NCBI GenBank assembly: GCA_030765235.1
Contig: JAVCCW010000021.1
Coordinates: 733-64,732, forward strand
From: Candidatus Gorgyraea atricola
GTDB lineage: Bacteria; Omnitrophota; Gorgyraeia; Gorgyraeales; Gorgyraeaceae
DNA: 64,000 bases
Reading direction: 5' to 3'
The position numbers were made by a program, and so were the translations under genes. The notes under the pieces are model-generated. The model had not been told where the DNA came from. It ran no database searches and saw only the letters and a program-made list of their open reading frames with translations. Positions within the stretch are counted from its first letter, which is position 1. Each line of letters opens with the position of its first letter. Below, in pieces: positions 36,986-48,510 of the stretch.

Positions 36986-39515
36986 AGGTTATATACTTAT
37001 AATACTGCCTTTGGTGTTTTCTCTCCTTCTATGTAGCAGCGCATCCGGATTTTCCAATGGCAGGACCATGGTGGCCTCAAAGGTCGATCTGAGGAGATAT
37101 TTTGAAAAGGCAATGTCTTTATTTGAAAGCGGTAAATACAGAGAGTCTGTCATTGTATTCGAAAACCTCATAGAGATAGAGACCTCTCAGAAAGAGTCTT
37201 ATTTTACGCCTTTTGCAGAAATATACATCGATAAATCCAGGGCCAGGATGAAGGAATTAATGATGCTGGAGGACAGGAAATGGGCCAAGATGAAAAAACA
37301 GGTCCTGAGCGAGGCAGAGAAAATAGCCCAGGATGAATTAGACCAGATTGCAAAAAAGGAAGAAAAGAGGTTATTGGAGGAAGAGCAGAGGATTTTGCGC
37401 GAAGAAGAAACAAGGAGAAGGCGAGCTCAACAGGCTCAGAGGAAAAAGATAGATGCGTTAGGGCAGAACGCGAGAGAGACTTACGAGCAGGCCTTGGCTT
37501 ATTATAGAAAAGGAAACTACCCCATGGCTATCGTGGAGTTTAAAAAGATAAAGGAGTCGGACCCTGAAAATAGGCTGGTTTCGCAGGCAGATTCTTTTAT
37601 AGGTAAGGCGCAGGGCCAGATAAAGGCGCAGGAGGAGAGAGAGCTTTTAGCAAGGATGGAGGCTGCGAGGCGCGCAAAGATCGAGATGGAACTGGAGGCG
37701 CGGCAAAAACAGATAGAAGAGGAGCGTCGCGAGAGGGAACGCGCGAGAAAAGAAAGAGAGAAAGAAAGACTTAGAAAGATATTTGAGGCCAGGCTCAAGG
37801 CAAAAGAGATAAGAGACAGGATCGTGAGGATAGAAGGTTTGACAGATGATATAAGAAGAAAGGTAAAAGAGAATAGATTTAACGAGGCAGAGGTTCTTTT
37901 AAATATAGCCATGGCAGAGTTTCCTGAGAATGAAAGATTCAAAGACATGTCTCACTATGTCGAGAAGCAGAAGATCAAGAGACAGGAAGATGCCTTGAAA
38001 AGGGCAAGGGAGATCGTAGAAGAAAATATGCTTTTAGAGGTGGCTAAAAAACACCTGCTCCCTGAAGAAAAATACGGCACTCTGGAGAAAAAGAAAGAAA
38101 TAATGCATCTTGTCAAAGTCCCTAAGATAAGAAAACGCTTGAAGATACCCATCAGTGTTGATTTTAAGGATGTAGAGCTGGATTATGTCCTGAGTTTTCT
38201 ATCTGACGCAACAGGTGTCAATATAATACCATCTGGCGAAATAGACATGGAGGAGAAGCTTGTTACCATAAAGATCAGGGATATGCCGCTCGAGGACGCA
38301 CTAAAATATATCCTGAAATCGCAGGAGCTTGTCTACAGGATAGAAGAGGACGCTGTATGGGTAACAACAGAGGAAGAACTCGATAACGAACAGATAGAGA
38401 CGCGGGTATATTTTTTGGAAGAGGGCGTTGGCAGGTTTGCGGACTTTGAAGGGACCTTTGATTCTGAAAGCGGCACCTCTTCCGCCTCCACAGAAGTAAA
38501 GACAGTAAAGGATGTGCTTGAAAATGCTGTGGATTGGCCAAAGGATTCAAAGCTGACCATGGATGATCGCACAGGCGCGCTTATAATAAGCAATATCCCT
38601 TCAAATCTCGAGGTCGTTGAAAATCTGATCTATAATCTCGATGTCACTCCAGTGCAGGTCCTGGTCGAGGCAAAGTTTCTGGAAGTAAAGATCACTGATA
38701 CAGAGGAGCTGGGTGTCGAGTGGAAGCTGAATAGTGATTGGGGGACCAAGCAGAATCAATCGAAACAGAACCTGCATGGTTTTGCATCCAATAGCGGAGT
38801 GGATTTTTCTGATTTTGCTAATGCAGATTATGGTTTTAATCTTACATATCAGGGCATATTGAGTCACCCGCAGTTTCAGGCAATACTTCACGCATTCCAG
38901 CAAAAGCAGAATGTAAAAACACTTTCTGCGCCCAGGATAACCACTTTAAATAATCAGACAGCTACTATAGAGGTCATAGATGAATATATATATCCCACGA
39001 GATATGAGGTGAGTTTAGTGCAGTATGACATAAACGGAGACGGAGATTTTGACGATGCAGGAGAGACAGAATGGGCAAACATACCTCAGGATTTTGTGAC
39101 CAGGGATGTGGGTATACTCCTGCATGTCAAGCCGAGCGTAGGCGTGGACAATAAGACCATCACACTTGCCTTGACACCAGAAGTGAGTGAGCAGGATTCC
39201 AGTACATCGGCGTATTCATATTCAGGAGGTGTTTCAATACCTAACTTTAAGACCAGGAATCTAAGCACAAGTGTTATTATTGAAACTGGCGAGACAGTTG
39301 TGATGGGCGGGCTGATAAGCGAATCAAACACAAACACAAAGACCAAGGTGCCTTTTCTTGGCGATCTGCCTATAGTAGGGGGACTCTTCAGAAAGAATTC
39401 CGAGGGTGTTGAGCGCAGGAATCTCTTGATATTTGTCACTGCGACTATTTTAGATGATAGTGAGAGGGTAATGGTAAATGTCCCTGAGACTGAACCAATA
39501 AGGCGAGAGCAATGA
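36972..39515 (+). CDS. Secretin with TPR/coiled-coil N-terminus
   Basis: QVLVEAKFLE, LSAPRITTLNNQTA, KVPFLGDLPIVGGLFR, NLLIFVT. Confidence 0.9.
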   Translation: MKKNKGYILIILPLVFSLLLCSSASGFSNGRTMVASKVDLRRYFEKAMSLFESGKYRESVIVFENLIEIETSQKESYFTPFAEIYIDKSRARMKELMMLEDRKWAKMKKQVLSEAEKIAQDELDQIAKKEEKRLLEEEQRILREEETRRRRAQQAQRKKIDALGQNARETYEQALAYYRKGNYPMAIVEFKKIKESDPENRLVSQADSFIGKAQGQIKAQEERELLARMEAARRAKIEMELEARQKQIEEERRERERARKEREKERLRKIFEARLKAKEIRDRIVRIEGLTDDIRRKVKENRFNEAEVLLNIAMAEFPENERFKDMSHYVEKQKIKRQEDALKRAREIVEENMLLEVAKKHLLPEEKYGTLEKKKEIMHLVKVPKIRKRLKIPISVDFKDVELDYVLSFLSDATGVNIIPSGEIDMEEKLVTIKIRDMPLEDALKYILKSQELVYRIEEDAVWVTTEEELDNEQIETRVYFLEEGVGRFADFEGTFDSESGTSSASTEVKTVKDVLENAVDWPKDSKLTMDDRTGALIISNIPSNLEVVENLIYNLDVTPVQVLVEAKFLEVKITDTEELGVEWKLNSDWGTKQNQSKQNLHGFASNSGVDFSDFANADYGFNLTYQGILSHPQFQAILHAFQQKQNVKTLSAPRITTLNNQTATIEVIDEYIYPTRYEVSLVQYDINGDGDFDDAGETEWANIPQDFVTRDVGILLHVKPSVGVDNKTITLALTPEVSEQDSSTSAYSYSGGVSIPNFKTRNLSTSVIIETGETVVMGGLISESNTNTKTKVPFLGDLPIVGGLFRKNSEGVERRNLLIFVTATILDDSERVMVNVPETEPIRREQ

Positions 39516-41014
39516 TAAAGAGAATTCTTATATATTTATTTATTGGGTTGCTTATTTTGCCAGGGACTATTTTTGCCTACGAGGTTCACTCTTTAAGGGA
39601 TAGCGATGATGTTGAAAAATATTCTATCGTAGATGTCCCTGAGATAAGAGAAAAACTCCAGACTCTCATAACAGTGGATTTCAGGGATGTGAGTCTTGAT
39701 TATGTGCTGGATTTTCTATCAGAGGCTACAGGCGTAAATATAATCGCGGGCCCGAGTGTTGAGCCTGAGGATAAGAAAGTAACTATCAGGGTAAAGGATA
39801 TGGCGTTAGATGGTCTTTTAAAATATATCTTCAGGAATCAGGGCCTTGTTTACAGGATAGAGAAGAACGCGGTATGGGTGGATACATTTGATGCTATGGA
39901 GGAAGAGACATTAGAGACAAGGATCTACTATCTGGATCAGGGCCTTGCCATGTTCACGGAGTTTAGCGGCAAGACAGCCAGTTCAACAGGAGAAGGTTTT
40001 GGAGGCGCAGCAGGCATATCCAATGTCAGTACCATAAAGGATGTGCTTGAGGATGCAGTGGTCTGGCCAAGTGATTCCAAGATAAATTTAGATGAGCGCA
40101 CAGGCGCGCTTATTGTGACCAATAGCCCATCGAATCTAAAGATCGTAGAAGATATACTTTATAATCTAGACATTGATGCAACGCAGATCTTGATAGAGAC
40201 AAGATTCGTTGAAATAAATGTTACAGACCTGAGCGAGTTAGGCGTAAATCTTAGCCTGGACAGCCCTTTTGCCATCTATAAAGATGCAGGTGTGCCAGTA
40301 AACCAGATCTCCAGCGGAAGCGGTTCAGATTTTTCACCATTTACTGGAGCGCCCAATGAAGGGCTTAATCTCACCTATCAGGGCATGCTGACAAAGCCGC
40401 AGTTCTCAGCAGTACTGCACGCGCTTGAGAGGACAACTAAATTAAAAACACTTTCCGCGCCAAAGATTACTACCTTAAATAATCAGACTGCGACTATAGA
40501 AATAGTAAATGAGTTTGTATATCCCACGAGATATGAACCGACTTTAATAAAACAGGATTTAGACGGAGATGGAAAATATCTCAGCACAGTAGATGGTGTA
40601 AACGAAACAAGATTTGTAAATGTAGCACAGGGTTTTGAGACAAGGGATATAGGTATATTACTTCAGGTAACGCCAAATGTGGGAAGCAACAAGGAGACCA
40701 TTACATTGACATTAAGGCCTGAGGTGAGTGAGGCGACCCGGGATGCATTTGTATTCAGCGGAGAAGTCAGCCTACCTAAATTCACCACAAGGAATCTTAC
40801 CACGAATGTAATGGTAAAAAACGGCGAGACCATAATGCTTGGCGGTTTAATAAAAGAGACCAGGACTAATACGCGCACAAAGACACCTTTTTTAGGGGAT
40901 CTGCCTTTGCTGGGTGTATTATTCAGAAAAGACTCGGATAGCGTTGAGCGAAAGAATCTCTTGATATTCGTGACCGCCAGCATCCTGAGCCAGAGCGGGG
41001 AGAAACTACGATGA
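39512..41014 (+). CDS. Second, shorter secretin paralogue
   Basis: QILIETRFVE, LSAPKITTLNNQTA, PFLGDLPLLGVLFR, NLLIFVT. Confidence 0.9.
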   Translation: MIKRILIYLFIGLLILPGTIFAYEVHSLRDSDDVEKYSIVDVPEIREKLQTLITVDFRDVSLDYVLDFLSEATGVNIIAGPSVEPEDKKVTIRVKDMALDGLLKYIFRNQGLVYRIEKNAVWVDTFDAMEEETLETRIYYLDQGLAMFTEFSGKTASSTGEGFGGAAGISNVSTIKDVLEDAVVWPSDSKINLDERTGALIVTNSPSNLKIVEDILYNLDIDATQILIETRFVEINVTDLSELGVNLSLDSPFAIYKDAGVPVNQISSGSGSDFSPFTGAPNEGLNLTYQGMLTKPQFSAVLHALERTTKLKTLSAPKITTLNNQTATIEIVNEFVYPTRYEPTLIKQDLDGDGKYLSTVDGVNETRFVNVAQGFETRDIGILLQVTPNVGSNKETITLTLRPEVSEATRDAFVFSGEVSLPKFTTRNLTTNVMVKNGETIMLGGLIKETRTNTRTKTPFLGDLPLLGVLFRKDSDSVERKNLLIFVTASILSQSGEKLR

Positions 41015-42012
41015 ATAAAATAATTAATATTAAAGATGTAGCGAAATCTGCAGGCGTTTCTATTGCAACAGTCTCCAGGGTCATGAATGGATTGTCTACG
41101 GTTAAGAAAGAAAATAAGTCCAGGGTCCAGGCCGCGGTAAAAAAACTCAAATTCAGGCCCAATGTGAGCGCTCAGCGACTTGCATCAAAAAGCAATAACG
41201 CCATAGGCCTTGTTATCCCGAGATATGCTGATATGTTTCATTCATTTTATGCTCTGCAGATTCTGCAGGGTGTCGGCGCAGGCGTAGAGAAATTAAAACT
41301 GGATCTACTTTTACATATTACCAACGGAGAGACATTTTTAAATACCTCGGCGCTGGAGGGAGTGATATTTTCCGATATCATAGGAAACGAAGAACAGGTA
41401 GACAACGTGCTTAAGATCGATATACCGTGCGTGATCATGAATTATTTGACCAGGGATTTGCCAGTGAGCTGCGTTTCTATTGATAATTTCAATGCAGCGA
41501 TCAAGGCAGTGGAATATCTTGCTAAACTCGGACATACAAAGATCGCCACTATTGCAGGTGAATTAAAATCGCAGGTAGCTATTGACAGACTGGATGGATA
41601 TTTAAGTGGTCTTGAAAAGAAAAAAATAGAGAAAAGGAAAAATTTTGTAAAATACGGAGACTTTGGAAGAGACTCTGCGATCAGGGCAACAAAGGAGCTT
41701 ATAAAGATGAAGACTCCTCCTACAGCCATATTTGCCGCGAGCGACGAGATGGCTGTGGGTGCCATACAGGTCTTGCTTGAGAGCGGGGTCAATGTACCTG
41801 AAGATATTTCTGTGATAGGGTTCGATGATAATCAGTTGGCCCTGAATTTTTCTCCAATAGCCCTTACTACAATAAGGCAGCCCTTGCACAAGATGGCTGT
41901 TACAGCCACAGAGACACTGCACAAGATCATTACAGGGAAGATCAAAGGCAATAAGCGGATCACGCTTCCGTGCGAACTCATAGAACGCTCTTCCTGCCAA
42001 TCGTTAACCTAA
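41011..42012 (+). CDS. LacI-family transcriptional regulator
   Basis: IKDVAKSAGVSIATVSRVMN, VPEDISVIGFDD, LTTIRQP. Confidence 0.96.
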   Translation: MNKIINIKDVAKSAGVSIATVSRVMNGLSTVKKENKSRVQAAVKKLKFRPNVSAQRLASKSNNAIGLVIPRYADMFHSFYALQILQGVGAGVEKLKLDLLLHITNGETFLNTSALEGVIFSDIIGNEEQVDNVLKIDIPCVIMNYLTRDLPVSCVSIDNFNAAIKAVEYLAKLGHTKIATIAGELKSQVAIDRLDGYLSGLEKKKIEKRKNFVKYGDFGRDSAIRATKELIKMKTPPTAIFAASDEMAVGAIQVLLESGVNVPEDISVIGFDDNQLALNFSPIALTTIRQPLHKMAVTATETLHKIITGKIKGNKRITLPCELIERSSCQSLT

Positions 42013-42054
42013 CTTCACGCTTAGGTTGACAATTCCAACCTCCACCTTTACAAT
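42003..42054 (+). promoter_or_regulatory. BirA-type biotin operator overlapping a sigma70 promoter
   Basis: GTTAACCTAA-cttcacgc-TTAGGTTGAC dyad; TTGACA(42026)-17-TACAAT(42049); directly upstream of bioB. Confidence 0.8.
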
Positions 42055-42072
42055 ATACTTAACTTTACATTA

Positions 42073-42098
42073 GTAGGCCAGGTTTAAACCTGGCCTAC
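42073..42098. repeat. GTAG palindrome, copy 3
   Basis: GTAGGCCAGGTTTAAACCTGGCCTAC in the bioB leader. Confidence 0.95.
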
Positions 42099-42142
42099 AG
42101 AAGATGAGCCTTGCACGAGTCTAAAGTTGTGTTTGTTTTAGT

Positions 42143-43105
42143 ATGATTAGAACTATTTTAGATAAGGTTTCCTCTGGCAAAAAGTTGGGGTTTAAAGAGG
42201 CGAGGATTCTCTTGAATGCAGACAGAGGAGAATTACCTTTTTTGATGCATGCCGCTGATACTGTCAGGCGGGAACATTGCGGCAATAAGATGAATCTTTG
42301 TTCTTTGATAAATGCAAAAAGCGGCCTGTGTTCAGAGGACTGTAAGTTTTGCGCGCAATCCGCAAGACACAACACAGGTTGTGAGGTTTATTCCCTGGTT
42401 AGCGTCGAGAAAATGATAGACGCGGCTAAAAAGGCAAAAGAGATAGGCGCTGCTAATTTTTGCATAGTGATTAGCGGAGAAGGGCCGACCAAGGAAGAAT
42501 TTGAGGATATAAAAAAGGCAATTGCGAGAATTAAAAAAGATGTGGGTATAAAAGTAGACTGTTCTCTTGGCAGGCTTGATGAGGCTATGATTAGAGAACT
42601 GAAGGAACTGGGCATTGACAGATATAATCATAATCTTGAGACCTCAGAGAATTTTTATAAAGAGATCTGCACGACACATGCTTACAAGAATAGATTGGAT
42701 ATGGTGGGTATGTTAAAGGATGCGGGGTTAGGGCCTTGCTGCGGCGGGATTATAGGCATGGGCGAGGGAGTTGAGGATAGGCTGAAACTTTTGTTTACCT
42801 TGAAGGAGCTTGGCGTAAAATGTGTGCCCATAAATATACTTAATCCAAGAAAAGACACCCCGCTCGAGGACATACAGCCGCTTTCACCATGGGAGATTAT
42901 AAAGACAGTAGCGGTTTTCAGGCTGGTCCTGCAGGATGCTATTATAAAGGTAGCAGGTGGCAGGGAATTAGGGTTACGTGACATGCAGGCAATGGCATTT
43001 ACCTCAGGCGCAAACGGCATGATAATAGGAGGCTATCTAACTACAAAAGGCAGATCTGTAGAGCAGGATCTACAGATGGCAAGAGACTTGGGATTCAAAC
43101 TTTAA
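42143..43105 (+). CDS. bioB: Biotin synthase
   Basis: CSEDCKFCAQS, YNHNLET, GGIIGMGE, YLTT. Confidence 0.97.
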   Translation: MIRTILDKVSSGKKLGFKEARILLNADRGELPFLMHAADTVRREHCGNKMNLCSLINAKSGLCSEDCKFCAQSARHNTGCEVYSLVSVEKMIDAAKKAKEIGAANFCIVISGEGPTKEEFEDIKKAIARIKKDVGIKVDCSLGRLDEAMIRELKELGIDRYNHNLETSENFYKEICTTHAYKNRLDMVGMLKDAGLGPCCGGIIGMGEGVEDRLKLLFTLKELGVKCVPINILNPRKDTPLEDIQPLSPWEIIKTVAVFRLVLQDAIIKVAGGRELGLRDMQAMAFTSGANGMIIGGYLTTKGRSVEQDLQMARDLGFKL

Positions 43106-43115
43106 GGAGGAGCAT

Positions 43116-44054
43116 ATGAAATTAGCAGTCTTAGGGGCAGGGGGATTAGGTAAGGCGTGTTTGGATGTTGTGGCAAAGAAAAAAGACGCTAAGGTTGTCG
43201 CGATCTGTGATTCAGAGGGGTATCTATATTCTGAGAAAGGCATAACTACTCAAGATCTGGGAAGATCCAGGGCCTCAAAGGACCCCATAGGCGAGATCAT
43301 AAAGTTAAAAAATAAATACGACGGTATTTTTGTAGCGCTTCCGAATTTGCCAAATGAATTTATTCCAAACGTAGTAAAGCGTTTCATAAAAGCAAAATAC
43401 AGCGGAGTTTTTACATGCGCGTTGAAGCGCACAAGCGCGATGAAATTAATGATGAAATTAGATGCCGGATTGAAGAAGAACAAAAGCACCTATATAGCCG
43501 GGTGCGGCGCAACACCAGGACTTTTATCAGCTGCGGCAGTGTTGGCAGCGCAGTCATTTACAGAGATCGAGGATGTAAATATCTGGTGGGGGGTAGGTAT
43601 CTCGAACTGGGATACATACAGGGCAACGATCAGAGAAGACATTGCGCATCTCCCAGGTTATACAGTCATGCGCGCAAAAAGAATGACAGATAAAGACGTG
43701 AATGATCTTTTAAATAAGAGAGATGGAAAGCTTGAGCTGCGTAATATGGAACACGCTGACGATGTCTTGCTCAAAAAAGCAGGCGTTGTGGATTCCATGA
43801 AAAAGGTTTCAGTGGGCGGCGTAATGGATACAAGGCATGCAAAAAAGCCTGTTTCCACGACCATGACACTCACAGGCACGACATTCGAAGGTAAGCGTTC
43901 CAGTCACAGGTTCATACTTGGAGACGAGACATCCATGGCAGCCAATGTGATCGGCCCTGCGCTCGGCTACCTGAAGCGCGCCATCTGGCTAAAACAACAC
44001 AAGATCTACGGCATATTCGGCTCCACAGAATTCATGCCCATGATCCTAAAGTAG
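43116..44054 (+). CDS. bioU: BioU-like dehydrogenase (BioA replacement)
   Basis: Rossmann GAGGLG, ALPNLPN, ALKRTSA, GCGATPGLL, YRATIREDIAH; located between bioB and bioF with no bioA in the operon. Confidence 0.85.
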   Translation: MKLAVLGAGGLGKACLDVVAKKKDAKVVAICDSEGYLYSEKGITTQDLGRSRASKDPIGEIIKLKNKYDGIFVALPNLPNEFIPNVVKRFIKAKYSGVFTCALKRTSAMKLMMKLDAGLKKNKSTYIAGCGATPGLLSAAAVLAAQSFTEIEDVNIWWGVGISNWDTYRATIREDIAHLPGYTVMRAKRMTDKDVNDLLNKRDGKLELRNMEHADDVLLKKAGVVDSMKKVSVGGVMDTRHAKKPVSTTMTLTGTTFEGKRSSHRFILGDETSMAANVIGPALGYLKRAIWLKQHKIYGIFGSTEFMPMILK

Positions 44055-44075
44055 ACAAAACAGTCACTGACGGAA

Positions 44076-44088
<13 letters not shown>
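44046..44088. repeat. Degenerate copy of the 11083 palindrome at the bioU/bioF junction
   Basis: CTAAAGTAGACAAAACAGTCA-c-TGACGGAAATGTCTACTTTAG. Confidence 0.9.
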
Positions 44089-46112
<2,024 letters not shown>

Positions 46113-46156
46113 CTTTATATTTGAAATAGACTTATTTGATGTTAAAATAGAATATT

Positions 46157-47182
46157 ATGAAGATAAGGGGAAAATTTCTCACAACTGGAATAGGTAGTCT
46201 GCCGCTTCTTGATGCGAAGAAGGGTGTTGAAGTGGTCTGCAAAAATTTTGACATACCATTCTGGCCCCAGCTTCCAAAAAGAGGTTTTAAAGAGAACATG
46301 TATACGCAGTTTGCCGTAGGGCTACCTTCCTTAGTTATAGACGAGAAAAATCGAAAGATCCACGTTGATAGCACAAAGGATTTGAGCGAAGAACTGGGCA
46401 AACTATACGAGTCCTATATATCAGAGGATTATGCTTCGCTTGGCCTTACAAAGGACTTTGCCGAGGGGTTTTACGCATTTTTAGACGCGGAAAAAAAGTT
46501 TGATCATGTAAAGGGTCATATTACAGGACCTATAAGTTTTGGCCTTGGTGTTACAGATGAAAAAGGAAAATCTATAATATATAATGACACGCTTAAAGAA
46601 GCACTGATCAAGCTTTTGGAGATCAAGGCTAGCTGGCAGATAGATAAACTAAAAGAACTTTCCAAAAATATCATAATATTTATAGATGAGCCATACCTAA
46701 CGAGTTTTGGTTCCAGTTATGTAAATTTAGAACGCCATGACGTAATCTTAGCGCTCAATGCAGTCATAGATAAGATCCACGCAAAAGGCTGCCTTACGGG
46801 TATTCACTGCTGTGGCAATACAGACTGGTCATTGCTCGCAGAGACATCAGTTGATATAATAAATTTTGATGCCTATTTATATGCGGAGAGCCTTTCGCTA
46901 TACCCTAAAGAAATAACAGGGTTTCTGAAAAAAGGAGGATATCTCGCATGGGGCATTGTACCTACGTCTGATTCAGTGTTGAAAGAGGACGAGAAGACCC
47001 TATTTAATAAATTATCCAAAGAAATAGCAAATCTGGAGAAAAAAGGAGTCCCTCGAAATTTATTGATCTCTAATTCTTTGCTTACCCCAAGTTGTGGCAT
47101 GGCTACGCTTTCCGAAGAGTTGACTAAAGATATAATAACAAAGCTTACCAAAGTTGCACAATTGGCAAAGAAAAACTTATAA
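46157..47182 (+). CDS. Single-barrel (core) cobalamin-independent methionine synthase-like protein
   Basis: TTGIGSLP, WPQLP, KGHITGP, IDEP, GIHCCG, LTPSCG. Confidence 0.8.
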   Translation: MKIRGKFLTTGIGSLPLLDAKKGVEVVCKNFDIPFWPQLPKRGFKENMYTQFAVGLPSLVIDEKNRKIHVDSTKDLSEELGKLYESYISEDYASLGLTKDFAEGFYAFLDAEKKFDHVKGHITGPISFGLGVTDEKGKSIIYNDTLKEALIKLLEIKASWQIDKLKELSKNIIIFIDEPYLTSFGSSYVNLERHDVILALNAVIDKIHAKGCLTGIHCCGNTDWSLLAETSVDIINFDAYLYAESLSLYPKEITGFLKKGGYLAWGIVPTSDSVLKEDEKTLFNKLSKEIANLEKKGVPRNLLISNSLLTPSCGMATLSEELTKDIITKLTKVAQLAKKNL

Positions 47183-47189
47183 AGGTTAC

Positions 47190-48302
47190 ATGAAGACTAG
47201 AATTCTTGCACTAGGTGCGCAGTCAAAAGGCAGCTTTTGCCTTATTAAAAATGGAAAACTCCATGTTTCAAACTCCTTTGGAGACCTGAGTGAGGCAGAG
47301 AATTTTCATCGCTTTGAAAAAGAGATAAAAAAAATAAAACCAGAGCCAAAGCTTATAGCGTGCGATATGCATCCGGAATATGCTTCAACTAAGCTGGCAA
47401 ATAATTTAGCTAAAAGCGTAAAAAGGATTCAGCATCATGAGGCGCATGTGGCAAGCTGCATCGCAGATAATAATATTAAAGGTAAGATAATAGGCATTGC
47501 ATTTGACGGCACTGGATTTGGCAGAGACGCTAATATCTGGGGCGGAGAGTTTTTTGTAGGTAGCATTAAAGACCTTAAGAGAGCAGCACATCTAAAATAC
47601 GCCTCTATGCCAGGAGGAGAAGCAGCAGTAAGAGAACCCTGGCGCATGGCCTTTAGCTATCTTCGTGCTTCTAATCTAGCAAATCTAACCAGGTTAGATA
47701 AGGAGAAAACAAGACTTCTCGCGCAGATGATGGATAAAGATATAAATTCGCCTCTTACTTCTAGCATGGGTAGACTTTTTGATGCAGTATCGTCGCTTGT
47801 TGGGATTTGTGATAGGGCAGAGTATGAGGGGCAGGCGGCGGTTGAGCTGGAGAGAGCTATTGAGGGACCCCATACGAAAATCAAAGATTTCGTACGGGGC
47901 AGGCAAGGGACAAGGGACCCCATACGAAAATCAAAGATTTCGTACGGGGCAGGCAAAGGACAAGGGAAGTATAGCTTCACATATAAAGATGGTATTATTG
48001 ATTGGACGCCGGTTATCAAGGCTATAGTTAAGGATTTAAAGGCTAAGAAGAGTAAGGGTGAGATTTCGCTTAAGTTTCATAATGCGGTTTGTCATATGAT
48101 AAAGGATGTCTGTATTTTATTGAGAAAGAAATATAAAATCAACAGGGTCTGTATGAGCGGCGGCGTGTTTCAGAATAAGTATTTATCGAAAAATACACCA
48201 CCACTTTTAGAAAAAGAGGGATTCAAGGTATATTTACATAAGAATTTGCCTAGCCACGACGGAAACATTGCGTTAGGCCAGGCAGTATTAGCCGGAGCAT
48301 AA
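47190..48302 (+). CDS. hypF: HypF, C-terminal Kae1-like carbamoyltransferase part only
   Basis: CDMHPEY, QHHEAH, DGTGFG...WGGE, TSSMGRLFDAV, SGGVFQN, DGNIALGQ; no acylphosphatase, Zn-finger or YrdC region. Confidence 0.85.
   Translation: MKTRILALGAQSKGSFCLIKNGKLHVSNSFGDLSEAENFHRFEKEIKKIKPEPKLIACDMHPEYASTKLANNLAKSVKRIQHHEAHVASCIADNNIKGKIIGIAFDGTGFGRDANIWGGEFFVGSIKDLKRAAHLKYASMPGGEAAVREPWRMAFSYLRASNLANLTRLDKEKTRLLAQMMDKDINSPLTSSMGRLFDAVSSLVGICDRAEYEGQAAVELERAIEGPHTKIKDFVRGRQGTRDPIRKSKISYGAGKGQGKYSFTYKDGIIDWTPVIKAIVKDLKAKKSKGEISLKFHNAVCHMIKDVCILLRKKYKINRVCMSGGVFQNKYLSKNTPPLLEKEGFKVYLHKNLPSHDGNIALGQAVLAGA
47863..47967 (+). repeat. 50-bp tandem duplication inside hypF made of 36-nt hairpin inserts in a GGGACAA array
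   Basis: AGGGA-CCCCATACGAAAATCAAAGATTTCGTACGGGGCAGG-CAA(G/A)GGACA, twice. Confidence 0.92.
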
Positions 48303-48303
48303 C

Positions 48304-48510
48304 ATGTGTTTAGCTATACCAATGAAGATTAAAAAAATAGAAGGCGACAGGGCCATTGTATCCAGTGGCAGTGTAGAGCGCAGGATCGCCATAAATTTTC
48401 TGACTAGCCCCAGAATAGGCGATTATGTAATGGTGCATGCAGGTTTTGCAATAGAAAAGCTCGACCCTAAACAAGCAGAGGAAACACTTGAAATACTTAG
48501 ACGAATTTAG
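48304..48510 (+). CDS. hypC: Hydrogenase maturation chaperone HypC
   Basis: MCLAIP, GDYVMVHAGFAI. Confidence 0.97.
   Translation: MCLAIPMKIKKIEGDRAIVSSGSVERRIAINFLTSPRIGDYVMVHAGFAIEKLDPKQAEETLEILRRI

Noticed and set aside
47863-47967. Two identical 36-nt palindromic repeats resembling a mini CRISPR array
   Set aside because: The 14-nt spacer is itself GGGACAA repeat, there are only two units, they lie in frame inside hypF, and no cas genes are present
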